Part shown: in pieces, positions 26,308-40,400 of the stretch
How positions within the stretch are numbered: position 1 is the first letter of the stretch
Layout of the letters: the number at the start of each line of letters is the position of its first letter
Origin: Takakia lepidozioides
Taxonomy: Eukaryota > Plantae > Bryophyta
Assembly: GCA_030704615.1 (NCBI GenBank)
Contig: CM060731.1
Span: forward strand, 68,262,001-68,326,000
Reading direction: 5' to 3'
DNA: 64,000 nt
Notes under the pieces: generated by a model
Databases searched by the model: none
What the model saw: only the letters and a program-made list of their open reading frames with translations
What the model was told of the DNA's origin: nothing
Position numbers and translations under genes: made by a program

Positions 26308-28966
26308 TTACACAAGAAAGGTTATGTGAGAGGTATACTTGGGTGGAAGGCGCAGATGCATTGTATCCGGAAGGTTTATTGGGACATGCGTAGCCACCAC
26401 CACCATGCCTCCATTGCTGCGGTGCTCAGCTATCATCCCCTCCAGCATGTCCACCCCCTGTTCAACTGATCCAAAAGTCACATGGACAAGCCAACAAAAT
26501 ATAGCAATCAACGAATACAATGTGCCTTTGAGACAATCTAATATCCTTTCAAAATTCTGAATGGATAAGCTGGGAAAGGGAGGCAGAAAGCATGCTAGAG
26601 GTTCCTCAAAGGGCCGCAGTCATGGCAAGAAAACAAACGCTTGGAATTACACAGTATCTATTCCATAACTGCAAGTCAAATACACATGGTGAGGAATAGT
26701 TACCTCGGTATCGAGGCCCACCGATGGCTCATCCAGCAGCCACAAAGGCCTGGGAATGGCCAGCATCCTAGCCAGCTGCAGCCTCTTCTTCTGCATCACC
26801 AAGTCCCTCACTAACGATGTATTTCAAACAAGCCTCAACAGAAATATGTGAATTCCACAGGGTCTCCCTGGAAAAGCAGTGGTACTCTATATGACAGTAC
26901 TAGGACTTGCCTATCATTTCTTTATCTAGACACTGTCAAGATCCAGATGGTGCAACGAGGACCTTGGCAACAAGAAACAAATTCACCTCATGACTCACTT
27001 TGTTGACAACCAGATGCTCTCACCATTTCACCCTCTTTTGCTGACGCTATTTGTACAATAAAGACAAGTAGTACCTGGCCCATGGACAGCACCACCGCCT
27101 TCTCTTGAGCATATAGCCCCAGCCCCACCCTCTCTAGTGCCTGATCTGTGCGCCCCTCACCTCCTTCCAACATCTCCCAGAAACTCTGTGATTCAAAGGA
27201 GACCCACGAAATGGCAAATAAAGTACTGGACAAACTAAAATCCTGCTAATCTTGGAAATAAACTACACTCCTGTTTGAGGGGTTTTGCAATACCTACCCT
27301 CAGGAAAAACACCCTACCCTACACCTCTCTCTTTCACCAATGCATCATCCAACCATCCCTGCAGAACTGCAGAACCTGACTGGACGTCATGTTGTTTACA
27401 TAACGCAGACTGCACCCTGCTAAATCAAAGCTAGTGACAGTAGCTCTAGAAATGAGATTGAATTGTGAACGAGGCAGGAGGGTTTCAAACTAAGCCTACT
27501 TAGCTGTCATAGGAAACCCCAAAAACATGGAATCTGCTCTATACACCAAAGCAGGAAGCTTCGGGACTCACAAGACTCCTGAATTCAACATTAAGAACAG
27601 TTCAGTAATAGATGTACAAGTTGTGAGATTCATAAAAAAAGAATCCAACCAACAACTGACCACATTCTCGTGGACGGTTAAAACTTTCTTGATGGCATCC
27701 TTGGCAGCAATTAAATGCACTTGTGGTTGATACACTGCCGCATGCTCAGACGCAGTCCAGTATCATTTTCACCCAACCGCATGCTTCTCCCATTAGGTTG
27801 ACATTTAGCCTTCATCCTTGTCAAATCAGCAACAAATGCAGAGGACCAAGCTCAAACCCAGATGGATCTACCTCCTCAGAATTTGGAAAGCCCTTTTCCT
27901 GACCAAAAACTATGAAAGTTTGTTTCATATCACAAGACGCCCTAGGAGACCATACCTGCTGTTGGCCATGAAATTGTAAGTGGAGATAGAAGGTGTAGTT
28001 AGGCGCAACATAATTCAATAGTATGTATATATGTTTCTTGGACAAAAGTATAGTATTATTAGACGATTGCATTTATGTAGAGTAACCAAATATTCATATT
28101 GAATTTTTTAGTTTTGCGTCTGGAGGGATTGCACCTGCTTTTGATACTGCAGACTTATCAAGTAACTATATAGGGTTTCTTATTTTTAATATGTAAGTAA
28201 TGAACATACTAAAAAATTTCGTCTGTGCAACTTAGTTTCCATAGCATGATAAGCTCAGAGCAAGAGGAAAAGGAGATGATGCTCACAGTTATAAAGACCA
28301 GACTGGGACAGATCATGGCCATCCCAAAGGAGTCGGCCTGCACTTGGCTTTATAAATCCACAAAGCTGGCAAGCAATTCACAAGAGTGTTAATACTGACA
28401 GACAGACACAAGTAACCCTGTCCTGCTCTGCCCTCATCCACCAACTAGAGTAGATCCAACTCAGGCTACGTTTGAATTATCCACTTGTAGGGATAAAATA
28501 GTGGGGGGGCTCAGATTTTACGAACAGCCATAGAGCCCAGAATGGGACCAATATGGTACCAAAGTTTTCAAAGACTCTAACAAAAGGTGTTTCCAGCCAC
28601 TGTAGCTATTGCAGATGCTGCGATTACTTTAACCCACGACCATTGTGAATGCCAAGTATCAACAGAGATTTAGATACAAAGTACACCCAGGCTAAGGCAA
28701 CATTGTTGAGCTTGTGTAAAGCAGGCATCCCTCCATATCTCTCAACCGAAAACATGGATTTACATACCAGAGAAATCAAGGAGCGTACTTACCACACGCA
28801 GAAAGGTGGACTTCCCTGAGCCATTGGGCCCAGTGAGCAGCACTGCAGAGCCGGGGTACAGCGTCATATTCACCTCCCGCACGATCACTTGCTCGTTGCG
28901 CATGCAGGCCACGCGATTACTGAGCAGCCGTGGGACCGGCGGGCCTCGCCTCATGGCTGCCGCCAT
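26308..28966 (-). CDS. CCMA: Mitochondrial cytochrome c maturation ABC ATPase CcmA (ABCI1), 6 exons
   Basis: GT-AG exons at about 28793-28966, 28287-28365, 27661-27734, 27075-27185, 26704-26790 and 26308-26457. They give PRLL..VACMRN.Q, Walker [34 protein letters not shown] and VATHVPI, matching plant CcmA. Confidence 0.95.
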
Positions 28967-29775
28967 CCCGCCACCCTAATAATAACCAGCGAGAGCAATG
29001 CTCAGTGTTACAAGTTGAGATGTTGGCCTGTGAGACCACTACCTTTTGTCTACTTTGATTGTCACCCGACGGACTGCGGCTGTATCCTATGGGGATTATG
29101 GTGGCATGGCTACAATGTTTGCCAAATTGCTTCTACAGAGTCAGCGCACCCCCAAGATAACCAGTTAACCACCGGGGAAGCATACTCCAACCTTATGTAG
29201 AATGTGCAAGGAGTTGAAACGGAACTGTAGGAGCGAGGTTACTCGCACAGGCTGGATGCGACCTGAATTTTCTTTCTTTCTCTCACGCATGCACATAGGA
29301 TGCAAAGACGTCACAAACAGACATTTCCATAGTAAATACGACAGTAATTCCCAGAAGGAAACCCCCACTCATGTCCTTCCACCCAGAACCTTTCAAATCA
29401 GGGTCACTGATCGGAACATACCTCCTTCAGAATCGATTCATTGCCACACTATCGATTCATGGATACCTTGCCCATCTGTGACAATTTCCACTGCCTTCAG
29501 CAGCATCAGAAATGAAGACGATGATGGCAGGCCGCAAGAGCTGGCCTTATATGTCCGCATGAACGGAAGTAATGGTTCGTCCAAGTTGGTCGGAATACTC
29601 CTCTTTCTCGTCGTCTCACACAGTTTTCTCTTTCTCCCTCGAAGTAGATACTTCCAATCAATTCCTCTGCAGATAGGAGGATTTCTGCGCGGCACTGGAA
29701 GAAAAGCTTGACATTTTCACGCCAAATTGTTTCATTAGTACCGGTGCCAGCCACCTTGCGAATTGGAGGGAGCTC

Positions 29776-32643
29776 ATGGAGCCTTTGCTGGGGATCTTAG
29801 GTGCTCTGATTCTTTTGATCTTAGTCCCTTTGTTTCTGTGGCGACGCCGTGCTGCCCCTCCCAATTCAGTGCAACCACCGCAGCAACAGGTTTTGTATCT
29901 TCTCTTTTGATTCAAAATTGTTTTGTTTCCTTTGTTGAATATTTTCTGCTCAATTCTCATGCAAGGGAAGATGTGGGATTCAGAAGGCAGTGCCATCATG
30001 CAGAGCAATGTTGCATTGATAGTTTTGAGGTTTTGACAGAGTCTATTGAAGGGGTTTGGCAGACAGGGGAAAGCCGGCAAGTAGTGCCCATTCCAGTCGC
30101 AGCGGGGGTGGCGCGCTCCTCAGGCACTCGAAGAATGAGGCGGCGAGCTGTAGCTGTGGCTTCTGCAGCTCCTTCCTCATCTGTTGCAGGTGTGTTCGGA
30201 ATTCCACACCTAAGCATCATTTTACTGCCGCTAGCTATGTTTTACTCTTTATGTGATCTTAGATTTGGGTGCGAGTACAGAGGCGGGGCAAAATGATGAT
30301 GGAGAGATAGAAGAAGAAGAAGGTGGGGAAGCCAACTACTACGTCCCCAAAGCCTCCAAAAAGAAAGCGTCTAAAAAGCAGGAGAAAGATTCTCGTCGTG
30401 AGGTTAGTCATTTTCTCCCTGGTCATTCGAGTCTTATTAGGGTCGTATAATTTTCTGACCTTGTTCTCCGAATCATAAGTGTGATGACACTTGCAAATGA
30501 AGGGTACGATCACAAGGTTGGTGCAATCGTTACAATATTATCCTGGTGCTTTGCTTGCAGACATTTACACTTCAGAAGGTGAATGTTAGGGACTTACTCT
30601 GTCAGGGCTCTTTCTGGATGTACAGGCTGAGGCAGTGGCACGAGACATAAAGAGAGAGAAGCAAGACAGGCAGGCAGAGCTGCGACGCCTGAAAGATGAG
30701 GAACACGAAGCAGAGGAGCGTCGCAAGGTCCTCCCCCTCTCTCTCAACTCAAAAGAGCCTTTTCCAGGAGAGCTGGATTGGGAGTGAAATTGTTGACAAA
30801 GGTAGGCTACTAGAATTAGACGTAAGCGATAATAGTGGCCCCCTTCTTCTCTGCTAACGACCATCTCCTCCTTTTCATGCTCCGTCCTAACTGGGCATGT
30901 GGTCTGTGGCCACATTTGCTGCCTAGTGAGCAGATCATAAAGAGAGTGAGCAGACCACATCTCTCTTTATGGTATTAGATCACCCCAGTGGTGGTTGAAC
31001 ATTCCACAAGATGATTCTTTGAAGTTTGTTAGTTTTGCATCGTTGGTGAGGCATCACAGGAGGAGGAAGCACTTCAACAGAAAGAAAAACAGGAAGAGGC
31101 AGCAAATGAAGAGTTTGACAAGTGGAAGGGAGCTTTTAGTGTGGACACTGAGGGCACCCTAGATAACGATGTGCAAGAAGAAAGCCAAGGCCTTCTCTTT
31201 GACTTTGTGGAGTACATCAAGGTATTCCTTCCTTCCTTCCAGCCTTCCTCACAATATCAACGTTTATTGGCTGCTCAACCTTATTTGTGTGAGTGAAACA
31301 ATAATCGCACTTGATTTGACACATGTCTCTCGGTCAGGCACAGTACTATGTGCTCCTTCTCCTTCCTGTGTCCCTGTTGTCCTCTTCACCATACAACTTT
31401 TAAGCTAATCAGTTGTACAGTGATCTAACCACATTTGATTGGGTTGACAGAAGTATAAGTGTGTGGCCTTGGATGATCTAGCAGCAGAGTTCAATCTGCG
31501 AACTCAGGTCAGTGACTCAAGTATGGTGTAGCACTTTGGCTTACCTCATAAAATCATCTGAAATACAACCCTGCAAGTTATCGTTATTTGACTTTCTGCT
31601 TTGTTGTGTATCTTTTGCACTTAAAAAGTGTACTAGGCAATGAAGTTTGTCCCAGAGAAGGGAGTGTATGATATGTAGCCAAGTGATAGTTCACATTGAA
31701 TGAAGGCACAGACTCAGCTTTGGGAGCTCTGGAAATGTTACTATTGCATTAGTAGACGGAATGCAGGTAATACCTGACATACGGATATTTTCTCTGGATC
31801 TTTATGTGTTTATGGAGGGTTGGTACACGAGTGTTTATGCGTTTTTGTGCATGATGTGTGCAGGACTGCATCAGCCGGGTTATGGCGTTAGAGCAAATGG
31901 GTAAGCTTCCTGCTCCCACCTTTGACAGCGTCACACTTACATTGCACATGGGGCTATACTCGGCCATTTGTCTGTGGCATGAGAATGTCACTGCAATCCA
32001 GCGTAAAAGGTAGGGCTACATTATTAATCCGGAACTAGCATCATCCTCTAAGATGGTCTGTATGGCAAACCAAACTCGCCATTAAATGAATCCTTTCATT
32101 GTGTTTGTATTAGCTGTGCCGGGGAGTGAAGCAGCCTCCTGCCTCAAGTTTCTTGGGGAAGTAGCAATGCCAACACGCAGTGACTAACCCAATCAAGTCT
32201 TGTGTGTGTGACCCCACGACAGAACTGTCCTCAAAGGTATGTAATAGGTAACTTTTATGAGCAACAGATCCCTCTTTTGTCAAACAAGAAGTCTGGACAG
32301 GTGCAGGTACCGCTCCATACATAGATGGCTGCGCCAGGAATAGTGACTTGCTGGTTCAAATTCTGCTGCTCATGTGGTCGGGATGTCTGATATGGCAGGT
32401 CGAATATCAGGGGTGATGGACGACAGGGGCAAGTTCATCTACATCTCTCCTGAAGAGATGAAGGCTGTAGCTGACTATATTAAACATCTGGGCCGCGTGA
32501 GCATCTCTCATTTGGCTAGCAAGTCGAATGAATTTATTAACTTGGATCCCAAGTCTCTGCCCTCAGACAACATCTCCTATATCCAGGAGGCTGAGTCTAC
32601 AATGCTTCCAGAAGTAGCCCCCTCCATCTCTGTGGCCTCATGA
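29776..32643 (+). CDS. DDRGK1: DDRGK domain-containing protein 1 (UFM1 ligase adaptor), 8 exons
   Basis: N-terminal [27 protein letters not shown]; RRMRRR; [14 protein letters not shown]; [22 protein letters not shown]; [17 protein letters not shown]. Introns are GT-AG and in phase. Confidence 0.96.
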
Positions 32644-33637
32644 TGGTCAGTGCAGTCTTATGTGATTTTGAAAGCCAGTAGGAACAGAGAGGACGAAAAC
32701 ACAGTAACAAAGAGAGACATGAAGCTATGAAAACTAACTGAGGTGTTTGTAGGGTAGTGGAATGTCTTTGGATCTTTGTGAATATACCTCCTTGAAGGTT
32801 GCATGTGAACAACAGCAGAGGCCTGCAAGGAAGGCAGATCGTTAGTTAACAGGGTGTTGCCTCACTCACCAAGGGTGATGCCTAGATTAAGTGCAGAATC
32901 TGGCCACCAGGACCGCACCCAGAGACCAACAAATGATATTTTCATAGAAACTCTGCCTTCCATAATGCACTCTCAATGCATGTCTCCATCTGCGAAATTT
33001 GAGTGATCAGTTCCTCCGTATTCCATCTCTTTGGGTAGGCAACTGACCTATCCACTGTCTCTCACAATCCAGATGATTCCATCTTCGGTTAATGCTCATA
33101 GATTGCTCTCTGGCAGACCTTTGAGACATCTCCGTATGAAATCATCAAAATACATTCACATCAATTTGCATTTAAAAAACACACCATCTTTAATCCCAAA
33201 TGCTTGCAGGATAAAAGTTGGAGGCACTATCAAGTGCTTTGCATTTGTCCACCATAGGCATATTGCCTACTGATGATAAGGGTCTTCCGTGCCCTGACAC
33301 AAAGTTCTAAACTGCTACTACTAGGGGAGACCATTTTCCTTGGACAAGCCTGTACACTGTGTACCATTGTGTAACACACTTTAAGATTGTAACACCAGTT
33401 GCCCTCTTGCTGTAGGGGACAATACCACCTGAACGTTCTCCCAGGTGAAGTAATTGGTGTCATGATGGCACATGTGTGCCCCACCATTTGCTCATACACC
33501 AAGAGCCACACAAAAGCCACCTGGTAAGTCCACTGTCTCCCACTCTCATGCTCACCTGGGGCCACTACACATCCATTGCATGGTGTACAGAGATTCTGCA
33601 GTCCTGTTTGCGGCGATCCAGAGTGAAAAGTTTTCAC

Positions 33638-35472
33638 TTAACCCCCATGCAGGGTGGAAATGAATGTCACACTGTCCTTGTCTTCCAAGATGGCTTCAAG
33701 GCGCCCACAAAGCTCCCAGTCACAATCGTTGATCAATACTAGCACACCTGGCCTCCTGCATTCGTTATGCATCCACATTGACGAAGAGAAGGACAATGTG
33801 AATGCCACAGATGTGCTGGCCTTGCAATCCTAACATATAAAATATCAGGATCCTGGGTTGAGTACAAGACAGTCATTTCTTGGCCATGTTCAAATGAGAG
33901 TGGTTTGACAGAGACACCATCACTATCTCTCTTCTGATGTGTGTCACACACTGTCTGCATGTGCACAAAACACATGCAACTGGCAGTAAAAATACATCAG
34001 TCTGCAAAAAAAATCCTTATTGCTCACACTGATTTGTCCTTCATGAACATTTCTGGCCTCTCCTTGAGCAGATTGTCACGAATCCAAACCAGCAGCATTC
34101 CAATCGTCAACTGCCACCAAAACTCAAAAAACGTGAGTGAAAATGCCAAAACATGCATTGGCCTTGCCAGACATCTTGCTTATTCCTTAATTGTAAAGGA
34201 AACCAGGATAACTGTGCCCAGGAGCAATGATTTCCATAGCAACACCGATCATCTGGGTGTTCCGAAATGTTAACTGTGTGATGGATATCCTGGTAGTTTG
34301 TTTGTTTGCCTACCTGCATCCTTCTTCAGTAAGGCCAAAGCCTGGAGTTCATCAGAGCCGACTATTTGCTTCAGACAGTGAAAAGTGCTTTCCAGGGCAT
34401 AGCACCCCTTCGATCCATCAAACTAAAGCAATCCAAGAACAATGATTCCTGCAACATTTGATTCTTTCTACAACACCCATTAGACACTTCGAAAGATGAG
34501 GTGATGTCAGGGTTGGTGAAGTTTTTTGGGAATGAAAAAATCCAAACTGGGGGCACTTCAAGTTCACAGGTCGTTGGCCTGTGAACTCCCTTTAAAACTC
34601 GCAGGCAATCATGGGATTTGCAGAGGATAAAAGAAAAAAATGTAAAGATTTACATCTATTGATTGGGAATGTTTACTACTATCACATACATGATGGGCTG
34701 CATATGCTCATTGCAGTTAAGGAAGAATTTCAGAAATTCCACTGGATACTATTATTCACATGCTTGCCTAGAAGGTAAGCTGGAATATTTGCTCCTCGCT
34801 GCAAGGAGAGCTGTAATCCTCAGAGAGAGATAGAGAGAGAGAGAGAGAGATCACCAGACTTCAGTTTTCCCGTCTGTGGCCTGGCTATAGTGTGCTTCGT
34901 ATATGTGGTTGTTTATCACTTGTTTTGTTCATGTACTACATGACACAGTGAGTTACATTTGATGCCACCTTTCTCTCACACCCAGTACAATCTTCAGTGC
35001 CCTGGTCGTGGGTTCTCAAACCGGGTCAGAGGTCAAGTTCCTGCAAAAAGTGAAGTACAGAAAGAACCGCTGGTTGCACGTGAAACCAGAGAACCCTTAA
35101 GATGATTCCAGGATTGGCCAATTTATCAAGTAATCTCTGTTCTTCGGGATGTCTTAACGTGATGAGCTCGATAGTAGGCCCTGCCGTAAGAGGGTTGTAT
35201 CTATCACAAGCATACCAATAAGGAGAAGTACCTCGGCGTGGCCGTTGGTGGGGCTAACATCGACCTCGTGTTTCTTCTTAGACCCAAACAGCAGGTCCAG
35301 CCCACCTCTACACAAAAAACAAGCACGCACAATTGTCAGATTGAGCGACACCAGCGCCAGAATAGGCGCGTCAGAAGACAAAAACTTCACTTGCACGTGG
35401 CTTAAATCACAATCACTCGAGGAGGGTAAAACAGAGTAAAGAGACACACCCAAATTCCAAAGTCAGCTGCAT
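33638..35472 (-). CDS. URM1: Ubiquitin-related modifier 1, 4 exons, 99 aa
   Basis: Exons 35450-35472, 35232-35307, 34028-34110 and 33638-33755 (300 nt) splice in phase to [16 protein letters not shown]...[30 protein letters not shown]...FISTLHGG*. Confidence 0.96.
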
Positions 35473-37401
35473 CTCTTCCAGCTCCCCCTTCTCTCTCCTC
35501 TGCTGGCTCTTGCTAGGACTGCGGATTGCTGCAGGGTAATCTGCCAAAAACCTAAACTTTTTCTAATTTGCAGGGGAAGATTGACCACCTCGAATAGTCA
35601 GAAGATGATGCCTTCTCTCTACCAATCTCCACTAACAACCCACAAAATCCGCCAAGCCCAACTCAATCTTTCCCCTTCCCTCTCAAATCCTACCTACCTG
35701 CAAAGACCAACAACTCAGAATCGTGCAAATCCCGCCCTAAAACTAGGTACTTGCTGTTCTGCATCATGGTCAAGACGCGTGACCAGGGAAAACTGCCTAT
35801 TACACAGTGTCACAGTGTTAGTGCAGCTTCATATATTAGAAGGATTGAACGGCAACAGCAAATTGAAAGTCGTGGATTTCGGTTGCTCCCATTCATGCTG
35901 AATTTTGCTGTTTACTTTCTTTTCTATGCGTATAGAAACATAGTTACGGCCAAACTGGTAGACTCAGTCTGCCTTCCTGCAATCTTGCGACCCATACACC
36001 CTCCCTCCTCCCGCAAGACGACCTAACCGTCTGTCTTGTGTGTCAACGCTACCGACCTTACACTCATATCCATCCACTTCCGAGTTTGGAACCAAATGTA
36101 TTTGATGGAATTACCGCTAAAGAGTGTTGAAATTTTAGCAATGACCAAGCGTTTCGCAAGCTGGGTGTTGAAGTTTGATCTCAACTGTAAGTAGAAGCTA
36201 AGTGGAACTCACACATCAGCCCTCAGAATGACTTGGACAGGAGAGGTGTTGACTATCCCAAGGCCTTTTTGAAGAATCTAAAAGGAGTGGTCCCTAGCTT
36301 CGACCAGTGGTGGATCCTGAGGTGCTTCAGGCAGGGGTTCCCAGGAATTTCAAGGTGAATTCAACGTAGTAACGTAGTAACCTTGAGATTGACTGGCCTG
36401 AAAATACTTGCCCGTTGATAGACTGCTTTTGACACTTCATACAATGGGTGTCACAGTACACATATGAGCATCCCATGATGAAAGAGCTTTATTTGCTTGG
36501 GATGTGAACGCCTCAAAGAGTTGCGATAGTATATCGGTGAATTTCAATGAAAAAAATCTGCTTGAGTAAGTGTACAATGCTTCAAAAGCTCTCTATTGGG
36601 CAGGGCTTGCATGAATTCCATGCATTTATTTGGATACAAGACTTAATTGTTTTTATAAAAAGAAAACACCTGGGAGCAACAGCTCACAAATCAGGCCCCT
36701 TAATTGTAGTGAGAGGAAAAAACAACCTCTTTCACTGTAACCTTAACCTTGCGGTGAGGCTTTCATGGGAACCTTGCGGTGAGGCTTTCATGGGACACCG
36801 CCAAAGGGAAGGGGAGAAGAACATACCACAACCATCAAGCTAGTAAGATTTGACCCCATAATCTTCTGAGTGCACTATCCAACTCAGCTACCAGTTCTCA
36901 AAGCCCAATTGTTCTCAGCTCCTCTCAATATAACGACTAGGGCTTCGCGTTGCTCCGCACTACTAGCGACGAATTCTGAGAACTATGTTCAATTTTTCAC
37001 AAAAAAAGGGCTGGGTCATCCCCTCGGTGGTACATGCAGAGATCCCCTGTTTTGTTTTTTTCTGGAAGAAAAATGGCGGATCTGCATTTCTAATGTTCAA
37101 TTTTCACAAGCCGCATCAATCAATAACAACATACCCAAATACCCTTACATTCACTGCATGAACTTTCAATCATCCACCGTGGGATTGGATCTTGGTGGGT
37201 TTAGGCTAGCTTTTGACAATATTCATGCAAGTTCGTCAAGGGCTCCATCCAAAGCCACACCACGAAAAACAAACAAACATGTCCAAATTTAAGATGCTGA
37301 ACAAACTTGTGCACAGGACTGCCCCTCTCATTAAGCTCATTAAAATTCGTATTCACTTCCATCTTGAAGCTTTGGAGAAGCTCCACCACCCAAACCCAGA
37401 A

Positions 37402-40400
37402 TTATAGCAACACATAAGTCGCGGCATCCTGTTCATCCCACTTGAGGATAGATGTTGCCACACATTCAGCCATCTCCACATTGCCATGGATTCTGCAGGC
37501 ACCAAGCAAGGCCTTCCACACCACAACATCTGGATTGATTTGCATTTTATTAATCAGGAACCTTGCCTCATGTAGTTGTCCCACACGTCCAGAAGGTCCA
37601 CCATGCAGCCAAAGTGCTTTACTGGCACCATGATGTTAACTCAGGGAATCGAAGTAGCGTCTTCCTTCATTCAGTAGGCCAGTGCGGCTGCATGCAGAGA
37701 GAACACATATAAAGGTGATAATGTCCAGCTTCAAGCCATTCTTTTGCATTCCTTCAAATAGTTGCAGGACCTCCCTATGACAACCATGCTGGGCATATCC
37801 TGCAATCATGGGATTCCACGACACCACATTTCGTTCAGTCATCCTGTCGAACACTCCCTTTGCATCCTCGATGCACTCACATTTGACATACAGGTCCAGC
37901 AGGGTACCATCGACCAGGGTATTCTCCAGAATGATATCTGGAACAAATCCAGCTTTAATTATGTCAGCATGGACTTGTTTGCCCTTCTCCAGGGCTGCTA
38001 GGCTTGCTCTTTCAATATTGTGTGCACATCCGTTGGTGTTGTTAGCCACACACTGAATCCTGCATGAAATGGAGCAAGTCGAAGGATCACATTGAGATGT
38101 ATCCACAAATAGAACACGGTTAATGGGTAATCAAAGCAGAATTTCTTTGAAGGACATGTTGTGTAGTGGAAGAAGAGGGTACATGAAAGGTGCATGACTT
38201 GCCTACGGATGCTGCCAATGCAGGTCAATCTTACTCCTATTCCAAGAGGGGATTCTATTTCTCCACACACATGCAGCCATTACAGCCTCCAAACTGTCGG
38301 TGGTACCCTTGCCTGCTGTATCCATGAACCTTCTGATTGGTTTCTGGACAGTAGAGAAAGTAAAATCAGAAGAATGGAGGCTATAAATTCACTTTTGTAG
38401 CTGCCATTTCAAAGAAAATTCCCATGGGCGTATAAAACACTTGAAGGAAACACCCAACTCAGCTTATCACATAGTTCCTATGCAAAATTGCGTCTGCTAC
38501 TCTCTGTCATCTAACAGGGATTCAACTTTTTGCCTCGGTTGTACCTGACTATAGACCTCTATGCAGCATCGACCAGGCTCCCTCCTGACACCTCTGTCCC
38601 ACATCATCCTCCTCACCTTTGCGGCATCGTCCCACCTACCAGCTGCAGCAAAAACATTGGATAGAAGCACATACGTTGCCGCATTCTGCGGATCCCACTC
38701 AAGAAGGTATTCTACTGCACGTTCTGCCACCTCCAGATTCCCATGAATTCTGCAGGCACCAAGCAAAGTCCCCCAGACTGTAGCAGCTGGTTTGCTTGGC
38801 ATTTTCTTGATGAAGTCCTCTGCCTCATCCACATGCCCTGCACGGCCTAGAAGGTCCACCATGCAACCAAAATGCTGGTCTGTGGAAGTCAGGCCATGAG
38901 CTTGACTCCTAGAATCAAAGTAATGACTGCCTTCATCTACTAGTCGCACATGGCTACATGCAGAGAGAACACATATAAAAGTGATACCATTCGGCTTCAA
39001 CCCTTCGTGTTGCATTTGTTCCAATAGTTGCAGGGCCACCCTACCACACCCATGCTGAGCATATCCTGCAATCATAGCACTCCATGAGACCACATCTCGT
39101 TCAACCATATTGTCAAACACTAGCCATGCATTCTTTAAATCCCCACATTTGGCATACATGTCAACAAGGGTACTTTCCAAAGTGAGTGTTGGCTCAATTC
39201 CAGCTTTGATAATGTCAGCATGGATTTCTGTGGCCTTTTCCAGGGCTGCCAGGCTGGCACAGGCGTTGAAAACAGAAACAAAAGGTACCTGGTTGGTGTC
39301 ACCCCTTCCCATATCATTCACTAATATGTCTCCAAAGCCTCCCTACCAACTCCATGCTGGGCATATCCTGAAATCATTGCACTCCAGGAGAGCACATCTC
39401 GTTCAGCCACCAGGCTGGCACATGCATTGAGAACGCACACAACCGTCACCTAGTTGGGCATAACCCCTTTCTGTTTTGCTCATAGATCTCCAAAGCCTTT
39501 TTACCACATCCAAGCTGAGCATATCCTCCGATCATCGCATACATGTCCACGAGGGTATTGTTCAGAACCACATCTGGTACAATTCCAGCTTTGGTGATGC
39601 AACCATGCCCTTTTCCAGGGCTGCTAGGCTTGCATATGCACTGCAAACGCACACAAACGTGATGTGGTCGGGCTTCATCACTTCCCCCATCATTTGCTCA
39701 TAGGTCTCCAAAGCCTCCATCCTGTCTTGCTGCAATCTCTCGTATATCTCGAAACCCTCTTGCCACATCCATGTTGAGCACACCCTGCGATCATGGTGTT
39801 CCATGATACTATCTCTCGTTTAGCCAATTGTCAAAAGCTTGACGTGCATCCTTTATGCTCCCACATTTTGCATATGTGTCCACAAGCGTAGTCTCCTTAT
39901 GTAGCATGCAATTCCAGATTTAATGATGTCAGCATGGACCTCTTTGCCCTTCTCCAAGGCTCCCAGGCTGGCCATGCATTGAGAACACAAGTGAATGTGA
40001 CGTTGTTGGGCGTTACCCCTTTATTTGCATTTGTTCATACATCTCAACAGCCTCCCTGCCATACTCATGCGGAGCATATGCTGCAATCATGGTCCTCCAT
40101 GAAACCACATCATGTTGTGTCATATTGTCACCTGCCAGATGCGGCGTAGATGTTGGATAGCAGCACATAAGCTGCATGGTGGTTGGGATCGCACTTGAGA
40201 AGAGATTTTGTTGCATGTTCTGCTACCTCCACATCCCCATGAATTCTGGCAGCAGCAAGCAAGGTCCCCCAAACCAGAGCATCTGGTTCAATTGGCATTT
40301 TGTTGATAAACTCTTCTGCCTCATCTCATCGGCCTACACGGCCAAGAAGGTCCACAATGCAGCAAAAATGCTCCACTGTAGGAGTGAGGCCGTGATCTCT

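Noticed and set aside
36100-37400. Coding-like sequence and a short direct repeat (ATGTTCAATTTT(T)CACAA) between URM1 and the PPR cluster
   Set aside because: No recognisable domain or element structure could be supported.
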